NCBI GenBank assembly: GCA_029268595.1
Contig: JAJUGB010000001.1
Span: 7,695-71,694 of the forward strand
Reading direction: 5' to 3'
Length of the DNA: 64,000 nucleotides
Source of the DNA: Alcaligenaceae bacterium
Lineage (GTDB): Bacteria > Pseudomonadota > Gammaproteobacteria > Burkholderiales > Burkholderiaceae_B
A model generated the notes under the pieces. That model made no database searches. It worked only from the letters and a program-made list of their open reading frames with translations, and had not been told where the DNA came from. The translations under genes were made by a program, and so were the position numbers. Of the stretch, positions 30,122-39,905 are shown piece after piece; positions within the stretch are counted from its first letter, which is position 1, and each line of letters opens with the position of its first letter.

Positions 30122-31254
30122 GACATCTCCTTGATGTGCTTGGGTACTCGCGGCGCCAGTGCACACAGCAGCTCGTACCCTATGGTGCCCGAGGCGCGGG
30201 CCACTTCATCGACGGAGGGGCCGCCCTCACCCCACAATACGACCGGAGAACCCACGGAGGCTTGGGGCGCCGGAGTCAGATCCACTATAAGCATGTCCAT
30301 CGAGACGCGGCCCAGCAGCCGTGTACGCACCCCTTCGACCGTCACAGGGGTTCCGGTAGGAGCATGCCGGGGATACCCATCTGCATACCCGCAGGCCACG
30401 ACGCCAATACGCATATCCTGCGGGGCAACGAACGCATGCCCATAACCCATGCCCGATCCGGCCTGCACCTGTTGAACTCCGATAATGCGCGAACGCAAAG
30501 TCATGGCCGGCTTAAGCCCGAGGTCATCAGCCGACTGGCTGGCGAATGGCGACGACCCATACAGACAAATGCCTGGCCTTACCCATTGCTGAGCGCCAGA
30601 AGGCACACCCAACCAATACTGAGGTGTCAAGGTGGCGGCTGAATTGCACACGCTGACGTCTCCCGGCAACCCCTGGGTTGAAAGAGCGAATAATTGCAGC
30701 TGTTCAAGGGTAACGTCTACGCTGTCGTCAGCGCGAGCAAGATGGGTCATTTTGCCCACGCTAGCCAGAACTGCCCGATCAACCAAACCCAGCGCCCGTC
30801 GGTACGCGGGTGCAAATTCGGCGGAAGCGAATCCAAGCCGGTTCATTCCCGTGTTGAGCTTGACCACCGCATCGACTGGCTTGGCTGGGCTCGCCGATTC
30901 CAACATGCGTAGTTGCTCTTCGCTATGGATGCAGATGGCTAAACTATAATCGGCCGCGACGGAGAGATCGGCGGGCTCGAAACACCCTTCAAGCAATAAT
31001 ATGGGCTTGGTCCAGCCCGCCTCCCGACAGCGTACCGCCTCATTGAGGTCGAGCAGGGCAAGACCGTCAGCCTGGGCAAATGCCTTCACGGCAGGTTCGA
31101 TGCCATGCCCATAAGCATTGGCCTTGATGACTGCCCACACTTTTGGTGTTGGACGGGTATTTTCTTTACTGAGACTGCTCAATTGGTGGGTGATGGCACC
31201 CAAATTGTGACTTAATGACGGCAACGAAATAGTGGCCGAAATCGGACGTGGCAT
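30118..31254 (-). CDS. alr: alanine racemase
   Basis: PLP-lysine motif VIKANAYGHG. About 378 aa with the C-terminal beta domain (GYADGYPR). Confidence 0.9.
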   Translation of the reverse strand: MPRPISATISLPSLSHNLGAITHQLSSLSKENTRPTPKVWAVIKANAYGHGIEPAVKAFAQADGLALLDLNEAVRCREAGWTKPILLLEGCFEPADLSVAADYSLAICIHSEEQLRMLESASPAKPVDAVVKLNTGMNRLGFASAEFAPAYRRALGLVDRAVLASVGKMTHLARADDSVDVTLEQLQLFALSTQGLPGDVSVCNSAATLTPQYWLGVPSGAQQWVRPGICLYGSSPFASQSADDLGLKPAMTLRSRIIGVQQVQAGSGMGYGHAFVAPQDMRIGVVACGYADGYPRHAPTGTPVTVEGVRTRLLGRVSMDMLIVDLTPAPQASVGSPVVLWGEGGPSVDEVARASGTIGYELLCALAPRVPKHIKEMS

Positions 31255-31383
31255 AACTCTCCCCTAATAGGTGAAAGTCTAATCGAAGTGGGACAGCTAT
31301 GCGCGACGGCCCCCGCCTTCCAGCGGCAAGCCTACGTGTTCTTCTTTTGTGTGACGGCGTGTCAAACCCGCCGGAGTAACCCA

Positions 31384-32214
31384 ATGGCCGTAGATCATTA
31401 CGAAAACTTTCCGGTGGCTTCATTGCTGCTTCCACGCCACCTGCGTAGGGCAGTCACAGACATCTACCGCTATGCCCGAACAGCGGATGACATCGCAGAC
31501 GAAGGACAGCTGAGTCCGCAAGAACGCCTGGACCAACTCGCCGGGTATAGACGCGGTTTGGAATCCATCGCCAGAGACGGAGCTAAAGCGAGGTTTGAAC
31601 CCTCGTTGACGGGTATCTTCCTTCCCTTGGCCGGAACTATTGAACAACACCGCTTGCCGCTGCAGCCCTTCCATCAGCTCTTGTCTGCCTTTGAACAGGA
31701 CGTGACGGTCCAGCGTTACGAATACGATGCAGACCTGCTGGACTATTGCTCGCGCTCGGCCAACCCGGTCGGTCATCTGATGCTGCATCTTTACGGAGCG
31801 GTAAACGAGAACAATATTCAGTTGGCCGACAGTATCTGCACCGGCCTTCAGCTGACCAACTTCTGGCAGGACGTCGCGATAGACTGGCAAAAATCGCGGC
31901 TTTACCTGCCTTTGACGAGCATGCGGCGCCACGGCGTTACAGAAGAACAGATCGCCGCCGGGGTATGTAACGATGCCTGGCGTTCGCTGATGCGCGAACG
32001 CGTCATGCAAGCACGTCAGTTCCTGCTTCAAGGCCAGCCTCTCGGGCAAACACTGCCGGGTCGTATAGGTCTTGAGTTACGGATGGTGGTACAAGGTGGC
32101 CTTCGTATCCTGCAACGGCTGGAACAATTAAACTACGACGTATTCCGCGCACGGCCCACCTTAGGTTTTCAAGATTGGCTGTTACTTTTTTGGCGCAGTG
32201 TTCGCGCACGCTAA
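31384..32214 (+). CDS. hpnC: squalene synthase HpnC
   Basis: VDHYENFPVASLLLP N-terminus and YRYARTADDIADEG Asp-rich motif. GGAG 8 nt upstream of ATG 31384. Confidence 0.85.
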   Translation: MAVDHYENFPVASLLLPRHLRRAVTDIYRYARTADDIADEGQLSPQERLDQLAGYRRGLESIARDGAKARFEPSLTGIFLPLAGTIEQHRLPLQPFHQLLSAFEQDVTVQRYEYDADLLDYCSRSANPVGHLMLHLYGAVNENNIQLADSICTGLQLTNFWQDVAIDWQKSRLYLPLTSMRRHGVTEEQIAAGVCNDAWRSLMRERVMQARQFLLQGQPLGQTLPGRIGLELRMVVQGGLRILQRLEQLNYDVFRARPTLGFQDWLLLFWRSVRAR

Positions 32215-32242
32215 TGCGGCGCCAATTGTTTACATACCACGC

Positions 32243-33106
32243 ATGAGTCCTGACGAATATTGCCAGACCAAGGCCGTACAAAGCGGTTCGAGTTTTTATT
32301 ACGCCTTTCTGTTCCTCCCCCCCGAGAAACGAAAAGCCATTACGGCGCTTTACGCATTCTGTCGAGAGGTGGACGATGTGGTGGACGAATGCTCTGACCC
32401 GTCCGTGGCGCGCGTAAAGCTGGCATGGTGGCACAAGCAAGTGGAACAAATGTACTCGGGCAAGCCGGATCATCCCGTTTTACAGGCCCTTCAGCCCCAT
32501 ACTGAGCCCTACGATATTACGGCCGAACGCCTTCACGCCGTCATTGCCGGCATGGAAATGGATCTGGATCAGAGCCGTTACCTCGACTGGGCGGGACTGC
32601 GCAAATATTGCTGGCATGCCGCCGGTGTGGTGGGAGAACTGTCCGCCGGAATATTCGGCTACAGCAACGCCGATACGCTCGTGTACGCAGACAAACTCGG
32701 GGTGGCGTTTCAACTGACAAACATCATTCGCGACGTGGGCGACGATGCACGGCGGGGGCGTATCTATCTGCCGGTCGAGGACCTTCAGCAATTCGATGTG
32801 AAGGCGTCTGAAATCCTTAATAGCCAGCACTCCGACCGCTTCGAATCGTTGATGCAGTTCGAAGCGCAACGCGCCCGGCAATATTACCGCGAGGCGGTTC
32901 AAGCGTTGCCCGAGGCAGATCGCCGCCATCAGCGGCCTGGCCTTGCCATGGCCGCCATCTACTTTGCCTTGCTGGAAGAAATCGAGCGCGACAACTGGCA
33001 TGTGCTGGAGCAACGCGTTTCCCTGACCCCCATACGCAAATTTTGGCTTGCCTGGAAGACCTGGGTCAGCGGCGGGCGAGGACTGGTGCGCCGCCTGGCG
33101 CGATGA
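32243..33106 (+). CDS. hpnD: presqualene diphosphate synthase HpnD
   Basis: SGSSFYYAFLFLPPEKR, YAFCREVDDVVDE and NIIRDVGDD motifs. ATG 32243. Confidence 0.85.
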   Translation: MSPDEYCQTKAVQSGSSFYYAFLFLPPEKRKAITALYAFCREVDDVVDECSDPSVARVKLAWWHKQVEQMYSGKPDHPVLQALQPHTEPYDITAERLHAVIAGMEMDLDQSRYLDWAGLRKYCWHAAGVVGELSAGIFGYSNADTLVYADKLGVAFQLTNIIRDVGDDARRGRIYLPVEDLQQFDVKASEILNSQHSDRFESLMQFEAQRARQYYREAVQALPEADRRHQRPGLAMAAIYFALLEEIERDNWHVLEQRVSLTPIRKFWLAWKTWVSGGRGLVRRLAR

Positions 33107-34455
33107 AAGTAGCTGTCATCGGGGGCGGCTGGGCCGGCTCGAGTGCTGCCTGGACGCTGTATCGACTGGGCTGTCAAGTTCATATCTTCGAGTCCAGTCA
33201 CGTATTGGGCGGTCGCGCACGAAGCCAGTACTCTAAGCGCCTGAATATCACTGCGGACAACGGACAGCATATCCTGCTGGGCGCGTACGACCACACCCTG
33301 CGGCTCATGCAGGAAATGGGTTTGGATACGGACAGTCTGTTTCTGCGCCTGCCATTGCGTCTTTGTACCCTGAATGAAGACATTGATTTCCGGCTTGGTC
33401 GGTTGCCCGCGCCGCTGCATCTGGCAGTGGGACTCCTGCGTAGCCGAGGGTTCTCCTGGTCAGACAAGTGGGGGCTGGCGAAAGTCGCACGGGCCTTACA
33501 CGACACCGCCCGCCCGCCGCAGCCTGGATGCACCGTGTCGCAATGGCTGGAGCGGCTCGGTCAGTCACCTCGTATTCAGGCTCAGTTCTGGCGTCCATTA
33601 TGCATAGCGGCGCTGAATACGCCGCCGGGTCAGGCAAGCGCAGAACTATTCATGGCAGTATTGCGCGACAGCCTGGGCAGTGATGCAAGGGCTTGCGACA
33701 TTCTTCTGCCCAAAGTGGGTCTGACCCAGTTATGGCCGGAACACTTGCCTTCGGCTATACGGAGGCACCTGGGCCATACCGTGCGCCAGCTGAAAACAGA
33801 ACCACACGCGGTTTACGTGGATGATCATGGATTTGACGCGGCGATCCTGGCCACCAATGTGCCCTCCGCCTTACGGATCCTGCAGTCACAGCCGCCAAGG
33901 ACTCCTGTACGGCCTGGGGCCGAGGCCGAGGTCGAGAGCTATATACGAGCATTGCAGGCGTTTGACTATGCACCGATTGCCACCCTCACTCTGCGACTGG
34001 AGCGGCCATGGCGGCGTCAGGCGCCCATCCGGATGCTGCATGAAAACGTCAGCATGGGCCATTACGGGCAGTGGTTGTTTAACCGGGCGACGTTTGGCCT
34101 CGTACCTGAGGACCAGCATCTGGTTCACATCGTTGTGAGCGACGCGGGCCCGCTTCTGCGGTTGCCGAGAGAGACCGCAGTAAATGCACTACTGGAGCAA
34201 TTACGGGCCGAGGTGGGCGCACCAGACGACCTGCCCGCCGTGCTGGCGCATGAGCTCATCATCGAAAAACGAGCCACATTTTTGGCTACTCCGGGATTAC
34301 CACGACCGGACAACGCCACACCGTGGCCGCGACTTTGGACGGCGGGTGATTGGACGGACACCGGTTACCCCGCCGTTCTGGAAGGTGCTGTGCGCAGCGG
34401 CGTACGCGCTGCCAAGGCGGTGCACGAAAGTTTGGCGCTTAACGGAAGCCACTGA
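33103..34455 (+). CDS. hpnE: hydroxysqualene dehydroxylase HpnE (FAD-dependent)
   Basis: MKVAVIGGGWAGSSAA dinucleotide-binding N-terminus and LGGRARS. ATG overlaps the hpnD stop (ATGA). Confidence 0.8.
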   Translation: MKVAVIGGGWAGSSAAWTLYRLGCQVHIFESSHVLGGRARSQYSKRLNITADNGQHILLGAYDHTLRLMQEMGLDTDSLFLRLPLRLCTLNEDIDFRLGRLPAPLHLAVGLLRSRGFSWSDKWGLAKVARALHDTARPPQPGCTVSQWLERLGQSPRIQAQFWRPLCIAALNTPPGQASAELFMAVLRDSLGSDARACDILLPKVGLTQLWPEHLPSAIRRHLGHTVRQLKTEPHAVYVDDHGFDAAILATNVPSALRILQSQPPRTPVRPGAEAEVESYIRALQAFDYAPIATLTLRLERPWRRQAPIRMLHENVSMGHYGQWLFNRATFGLVPEDQHLVHIVVSDAGPLLRLPRETAVNALLEQLRAEVGAPDDLPAVLAHELIIEKRATFLATPGLPRPDNATPWPRLWTAGDWTDTGYPAVLEGAVRSGVRAAKAVHESLALNGSH

Positions 34456-34831
34456 CAGTGAGCCAACCGGCAGCTGTCAACAGCAAGGCGCCGAACAGGC
34501 TGGCGCCGATGTAGGTAAAAGCGAGCAGATACGCCCCTCGTGCAAAATAAGCGACCACTTCAGCGGAAAAAGTGGAGAAAGTCGTCAGGCCGCCCAGAAA
34601 ACCCGTGGTCACTAAGAGGCGCAGCCATTCAGGCGTCCCGGGATGGGGCACGACAAAGCCCAGGAAAAGCCCAATAAAATAGGCGCCCACGAGGTTCGCC
34701 GTCAGGGTGCCCCAAGGAACAATCGCGTTAGCGCCGTTAAGCCAGATGCTCAGCAACCAGCGGCCGATCGCGCCGGCCGCCGCGCCAATGCCCACTGCCA
34801 AGACATGGCTCCAGGCGGGCAATGAGTGCAT
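34439..34831 (-). CDS. crcB: fluoride efflux transporter CrcB/FluC
   Basis: About 130 aa, 4 TM, with GAIGRW, TLTANLVGAYFIG and GFLGGLTTFSTF motifs. Confidence 0.9.
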   Translation of the reverse strand: MHSLPAWSHVLAVGIGAAAGAIGRWLLSIWLNGANAIVPWGTLTANLVGAYFIGLFLGFVVPHPGTPEWLRLLVTTGFLGGLTTFSTFSAEVVAYFARGAYLLAFTYIGASLFGALLLTAAGWLTVSGFR

Positions 34832-34846
34832 GGGCGCTTCCTTGAC

Positions 34847-36256
34847 TTATCGCAGAGCGTGCTTCTGGATGTAGGCGCGCACCTGAGTGGCGTCGCAGTC
34901 CATCACCTCGACGCGTTGAGGCAAAGAAGACAAGTCCTTCAGCCCAACGGGTACGGGCGGCTGCACCCCAATGGCTTCTTGAATGGTCTCCGCAAATTTA
35001 GCCGGCAAGGCAGTTTCCAGCACCAGCATTGGGATGCCTGGCTCGGCATAAGCTTGAGCGACCTTCAGGCCGTCCGCGGTGTGAGGATCGATAATGACCC
35101 CCGTCCTTTCGTAGGTGGCGCGAATGGTGCGCAGTCGGTCGGCATGATTACTGCAGCCGCTCACGAAGCCATAGCGGTCGGTAAACCGATTTTTCAAGTG
35201 ACTGAGGTCGAATTCACCGTTGCTTTCCAGTTGACGCCATAGCGCGATCACCTTCACCGGGTCGCGATCGACCAGGTCGAACACAAAGCGTTCGAAGTTG
35301 GACGCGCGCGAAATATCCATGGACGGACTTGATGTAGCGTGCGTCTGCGCCGCAGCCCGAGGGTGGTACACGCCCGTACGGAAGAACTCTTCCAGCACAT
35401 TGTTCTCGTTGGTCGCCAACACCAGCCTATGAATGGGTAAGCCCATTTCCCGAGCTATATGCCCGGACAAGATATTGCCGAAGTTGCCGGAGGGAACGGC
35501 AAAGGACACCAGTTGACCTGCTTCCGAGGTGACCCGTAGCCAGCCCCAGAAGTAGTAGACCACCTGTGCAGCGATGCGGGCCCAATTGATGGAATTGACC
35601 GCACCCAACCGATGGGCCGCTTTGAACTGGAGGTCGCCGGCCAGCATCTTGACGATGTCCTGGCACTCGTCGAACACACCCTTTACAGCCAGATTATGGA
35701 TATTGGCATCCTGAAGCGAATACATTTGGGCGCGCTGGAATTCGCTCATGCGGCCGTGTGGCGAAAGCATGAATACGGCCACGTGGTCTTTGCCGCGCAG
35801 TGCGTATTCGGCCGCCGAACCTGTATCGCCGGAAGTGGCGCCCAGGATGTTCAGGGTGCCGTTGCGCTTTGTGAGCACATATTCGAACACCTGCCCAAGG
35901 AACTGCATTGCCATGTCCTTGAAGGCCAGGGTCGGGCCTTGGGACAAGCCCAGAAGTGACACATTGTCGTAGAGCGGCTTGACCGGAACGATCTCGGCGC
36001 TGTCGAAAACCCCCTCGCGGTAGGCGGCATGCGTCAATGTGTTGAGATCGTCGCGTGGGATATCATCGATAAAAAGGCTGAGTACTTCGGTGGCAAGCTC
36101 GGCATAACTGAGGGTGCGCCAACGCGCGAGGGTCTCGCTATTGACGCGGGGAAAGCTTTCTGGCAAAGCCAGTCCGCCGTCAGGCGCCAGACCTTCCAGC
36201 AAGATGTCCGAGAACGCCTGGGGTTGCATGCCTCCACGGGTTGAGCGGTATTTCAT
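34847..36256 (-). CDS. thrC: threonine synthase
   Basis: MKYRSTRG N-terminus and PTLAFKD PLP-lysine motif. Long-form ThrC of 469 aa. ATG overlaps the hom stop. Confidence 0.95.
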   Translation of the reverse strand: MKYRSTRGGMQPQAFSDILLEGLAPDGGLALPESFPRVNSETLARWRTLSYAELATEVLSLFIDDIPRDDLNTLTHAAYREGVFDSAEIVPVKPLYDNVSLLGLSQGPTLAFKDMAMQFLGQVFEYVLTKRNGTLNILGATSGDTGSAAEYALRGKDHVAVFMLSPHGRMSEFQRAQMYSLQDANIHNLAVKGVFDECQDIVKMLAGDLQFKAAHRLGAVNSINWARIAAQVVYYFWGWLRVTSEAGQLVSFAVPSGNFGNILSGHIAREMGLPIHRLVLATNENNVLEEFFRTGVYHPRAAAQTHATSSPSMDISRASNFERFVFDLVDRDPVKVIALWRQLESNGEFDLSHLKNRFTDRYGFVSGCSNHADRLRTIRATYERTGVIIDPHTADGLKVAQAYAEPGIPMLVLETALPAKFAETIQEAIGVQPPVPVGLKDLSSLPQRVEVMDCDATQVRAYIQKHALR

Positions 36257-37557
36257 AACAGGTTCTCCATGCGCAGGCGAATTACCCGAGACTTGACGAA
36301 GGGAAGCGACTGGATCTTTTCGAGAGCGCGGTTGACGTCGCCCTCTCGTGCCTGGTGTGACAAGAAGATGATATCGGCGTCGGCTTCGCCATGCGGCTCT
36401 TGGAACATGGAATTGATCGAAATATGCGAGTCGGACAAGATACGGGCCAGATCGGCCAGAACTCCGGGGCGATCTTCCACACGAAGGCGCAAATAGTAGG
36501 ACGACACCACGTCATCCATAGACAGAATAGGTATGTCGACCATGGCGTTCGGTTGAAAAGCCAGGGACGGAACCTGATGTCCGGGATCGGCCGCCTGAAG
36601 CCGCGCTACGTCGACCAGATCGGCCACCACGGCGGAGGCTGTAGGCAGCTCGCCGGCGCCCTGGCCGTAATACAGAGTAGGCCCGACTGCGTCGCCACTT
36701 ACCAGCACGGCGTTCATGGCTCCTTCGACATTAGCGAGCAAACGCTCGGCCGGGATGAGCGTGGGATGCACTCGCAGCTCGATCCCCTTGGCGCTCCTGC
36801 GCGTGACGCCGAGCAGCTTGATGCGATAACCCAATCTTTCCGCGTGAGCGATATCTTCGCGCGCGAGTTCGGAAATGCCTTCGATATGCGCTTTATCGAA
36901 CTGCACCGGTATGCCGAAGGCTAAAGAAGCCAGCAAGCTCAATTTATGAGCCGCGTCGACGCCTTCGACGTCAAAAGTGGGGTCCGCTTCCGCATAGCCC
37001 AAACGCTGCGCATCAGCCAAGGCCTCTTCAAACGACACCCCTCTTACCCGCATTTCGGAAAGAATGTAGTTGGTCGTCCCGTTGATGATGCCAGCCACCC
37101 ACTGGATACGATTGGCCGCAAGGCCCTCGCGGATAGCTTTAATGACCGGTATGCCGCCCGCCACCGCTGCCTCGAAGGCGACCATCACGCCCTTTTCGGC
37201 CGCAGCGCGGAAAATCTCGTTGCCGTGCTTGGCCAACAAGGCCTTGTTGGCCGTGACGACGTGCTTGCCTTGAGCGATGGCTTCCATTATCCATTCGCGA
37301 GCCACGGATTCTCCGCCAACGAGCTCAACGATGATATCGATTTCGGGATCCCGGACGATGGACATACCGTCCTCAGTAAGACGCACTGTTTCGCCCACCA
37401 GCCGACGCGCCTTGTCCAGATCTCGCGCCGCGACTGCCACCACCTCGATGCCCCGGCCCACGCGGCGCTCGATTTCGCCCGCGTTGCCGGTCAGGACTTT
37501 CCAGGTACCACCGCCAACTACACCTATGCCCAGTAGACCAACTTTGATTCGACTCAT
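36253..37557 (-). CDS. hom: homoserine dehydrogenase
   Basis: [14 protein letters not shown]-binding N-terminus, central catalytic domain, C-terminal ACT domain. ATG overlaps the alaC stop. Confidence 0.95.
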   Translation of the reverse strand: MSRIKVGLLGIGVVGGGTWKVLTGNAGEIERRVGRGIEVVAVAARDLDKARRLVGETVRLTEDGMSIVRDPEIDIIVELVGGESVAREWIMEAIAQGKHVVTANKALLAKHGNEIFRAAAEKGVMVAFEAAVAGGIPVIKAIREGLAANRIQWVAGIINGTTNYILSEMRVRGVSFEEALADAQRLGYAEADPTFDVEGVDAAHKLSLLASLAFGIPVQFDKAHIEGISELAREDIAHAERLGYRIKLLGVTRRSAKGIELRVHPTLIPAERLLANVEGAMNAVLVSGDAVGPTLYYGQGAGELPTASAVVADLVDVARLQAADPGHQVPSLAFQPNAMVDIPILSMDDVVSSYYLRLRVEDRPGVLADLARILSDSHISINSMFQEPHGEADADIIFLSHQAREGDVNRALEKIQSLPFVKSRVIRLRMENLL

Positions 37558-38741
37558 TTATATAAACCGTCCTTGCGGAACATTTCCTTGATGCCACGCA
37601 CCGCCTGACGGATGCGTTGTTCATTTTCAATCAGTGCGAAGCGCACGTACTCGTCGCCATATTCGCCAAAACCGATGCCGGGCGAAACCGCAACCTTGGC
37701 ATGTTCGAGCAGCCTTTTAGAGAATTCGAGCGAACCCATCTCGCGGTAGAACTCGGGGATGCGAGCCCAGATGTACATGGAGGCCTTGGGTATGTCGACC
37801 ATCCAGCCCGCCTCGTGCAAGCCTTTCGTCAGCACGTCGCGGCGACTGCGGTATTGCTCGCGAACCTGGGCAACATCGTCTTGTGGCCCTTCCAGCGCCG
37901 TGATGGCGGCCACCTGAATGGGAGTGAAAGTGCCGTAATCGTGATAGCTTTTGATGCGCGCCAAGGCATTCACAAGTTCGCGGTTGCCCACCATGAAACC
38001 CACGCGCCAGCCCGCCATGTTGTAGCTTTTGCTCATGGTGAAAAACTCTACTGCCACATCACGAGCGCCCTCCACCTGCATGATGGAAGGGGCCACATAT
38101 CCGTCGAACGTAATGTCGGCATAGGCCAGATCATGCACGACGAGGATATTGTGCTCTTTTGCCAGAGCGACGACGCGCTCGAAGAACGAGAGGTCGACAC
38201 ATTGCGCCGTGGGGTTGCTCGGGAAGCCCAATATCATCATCTTGGGCTTCGGAATGCTCTCGCGGACGGCCCGCTCGATTTCTTCAAAGAAATCCAGCCC
38301 GGGCACCATCGGAACCGAACGGATATTAGCGCCTGCAATCACTGCCCCGTAAATATGAATGGGGTAGCTGGGATTGGGCACCAGGACCGTGTCGCCCCGA
38401 TCGAGGGTGGCAAGCATCAGGTGGGCAAGACCCTCTTTGGAACCTATGGTGACGATGGCTTCTGAGTCTGGATCGATCTTTACGCCAAACCGCCTTTCAT
38501 ACCAGGTGGAAATGGCGCGCCGCAAACGCGGTATGCCCTTGGACACCGAATAACCATGGGTATCTTCGCGGTTGACAACCTCAATGAGTTTGTCAACGAT
38601 GTGCCGAGGAGTGGCGCCGTCGGGATTGCCCATGGACATATCAATGATGTCCTCACCTCGTCGGCGCGCCGCCATTTTGAGTTCGCCAGTAATGTTGAAC
38701 ACATAGGGCGGAAGGCGCTCTATACGAGGGAAATTCGTCAT
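37554..38741 (-). CDS. alaC: PLP-dependent aminotransferase, AlaC-like (glutamate-pyruvate aminotransferase)
   Basis: Near-colinear with my recollection of E. coli AlaC: [34 protein letters not shown] and [10 protein letters not shown] (PLP Lys). ATG 38741. Confidence 0.85.
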   Translation of the reverse strand: MTNFPRIERLPPYVFNITGELKMAARRRGEDIIDMSMGNPDGATPRHIVDKLIEVVNREDTHGYSVSKGIPRLRRAISTWYERRFGVKIDPDSEAIVTIGSKEGLAHLMLATLDRGDTVLVPNPSYPIHIYGAVIAGANIRSVPMVPGLDFFEEIERAVRESIPKPKMMILGFPSNPTAQCVDLSFFERVVALAKEHNILVVHDLAYADITFDGYVAPSIMQVEGARDVAVEFFTMSKSYNMAGWRVGFMVGNRELVNALARIKSYHDYGTFTPIQVAAITALEGPQDDVAQVREQYRSRRDVLTKGLHEAGWMVDIPKASMYIWARIPEFYREMGSLEFSKRLLEHAKVAVSPGIGFGEYGDEYVRFALIENEQRIRQAVRGIKEMFRKDGLYK

Positions 38742-38944
38742 GGTCTGTCCTTGGGATGGCAAAGAGCGGCAACGGAAGATGCGTTGCACTGCAACAAGTA
38801 AGTAAGTTTGGGGCGCGCAAAAGAGCCCTCCGCGCGCGAATAACCTATTAGTTTAAACGATGATGGCCGCAGTGACCCGGGACGACCCATGCCGCATGGG
38901 CCCGAGGATTGCGCTATGATCAAAATGACTTTGGGAGTGCACTA

Positions 38945-39394
38945 GTGCAACTGCAACGCGAATCAAATCCTGCACTTAATACAGTCACCGCCTATGGTGA
39001 CGACTACATCGAAATTAACGCCGTCACCTATCGGCATGCGGTCTTTTTCGGCCCCGAGGGCGACATCAAGCAATGGGCCGTCATGAACATCCACGACATC
39101 ACGGCTGCCACGCTGCGCGAAGCGGCTGGTGTCACCGATGTTGCGGCGTCCGACCCCATGGCGTTTCTCGACGACGCGCCCGTGTCCCGCCCCGCCAACG
39201 CGCCCGAGGTCCTGCTGATAGGAACCGGTAAAGATCAACGATTCCTGCCCAGCCACATGACCCAGGGCCTGCTCAAAATGGGCATAGGCGTAGAAACGAT
39301 GAGCACGCAGGCCGCCGCCCGAACCTATAACATCCTCATGGCCGAAGGGCGCAAAGTCATTGCCGCCCTCTTACCTCTGGAGCCCCTTCAATGA
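38945..39394 (+). CDS. Mth938-like domain protein (DUF498)
   Basis: VLLIGTGKDQRFLP...GIGVETMSTQAAARTYNIL signature. GTG 38945 has GGGAG 9 nt upstream. Track TTG 38909 is possible. Confidence 0.7.
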   Translation: MQLQRESNPALNTVTAYGDDYIEINAVTYRHAVFFGPEGDIKQWAVMNIHDITAATLREAAGVTDVAASDPMAFLDDAPVSRPANAPEVLLIGTGKDQRFLPSHMTQGLLKMGIGVETMSTQAAARTYNILMAEGRKVIAALLPLEPLQ

Positions 39395-39858
39395 CACAAA
39401 TTGCTTTGGGACAGCCCGTGCCCGATTTCACCGCCTCAAGCACACAGGGGGAAGTCACCTCTGCAGATTTCAAAGGCAAGTGGACCGTGCTGTATTTTTA
39501 CCCCAAGGACAACACCCCAGGGTGCACCACCCAGGCTCAAGGGTTTCGCGATAACTATAAAGATTTCCTGCAAGCCGATTGCCAGATTTTCGGCGTGTCC
39601 CGCGACTCGCTCAAATCGCACGACAACTTCATTTCTAAACAAGAACTGCCTTTCACCCTCATATCGGACCCTGGCGAACAACTGTGCGAACTGTTCGGGG
39701 TCATGAAGATGAAAAACATGTACGGTAAACAAGTAAGGGGTATTGAACGAAGCACCTTCCTATTCGATCCTCAAGGGGTTCTGGTGCGTGAATGGCGCGG
39801 ATTGCGCGTTCCCGGCCATGTGGACGAAGTTCTACAGGCCGTGAAAGACGCGAGCTAA
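39391..39858 (+). CDS. bcp: thiol peroxidase / peroxiredoxin Bcp
   Basis: FYPKDNTPGCTTQA peroxidatic Cys motif. 155 aa. ATG overlaps the upstream stop (ATGA). Confidence 0.9.
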   Translation: MTQIALGQPVPDFTASSTQGEVTSADFKGKWTVLYFYPKDNTPGCTTQAQGFRDNYKDFLQADCQIFGVSRDSLKSHDNFISKQELPFTLISDPGEQLCELFGVMKMKNMYGKQVRGIERSTFLFDPQGVLVREWRGLRVPGHVDEVLQAVKDAS

Positions 39859-39905
39859 GCCTTGCACCGGGGCCATCCCCGTATATACACAGGAGCCACT
39901 CCTTT

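Noticed and set aside
34832-34846. Fluoride riboswitch expected upstream of crcB
   Set aside because: Only 15 nt separate thrC and crcB, and no crcB-motif sequence can fit. None was seen in the thrC 3' end either.
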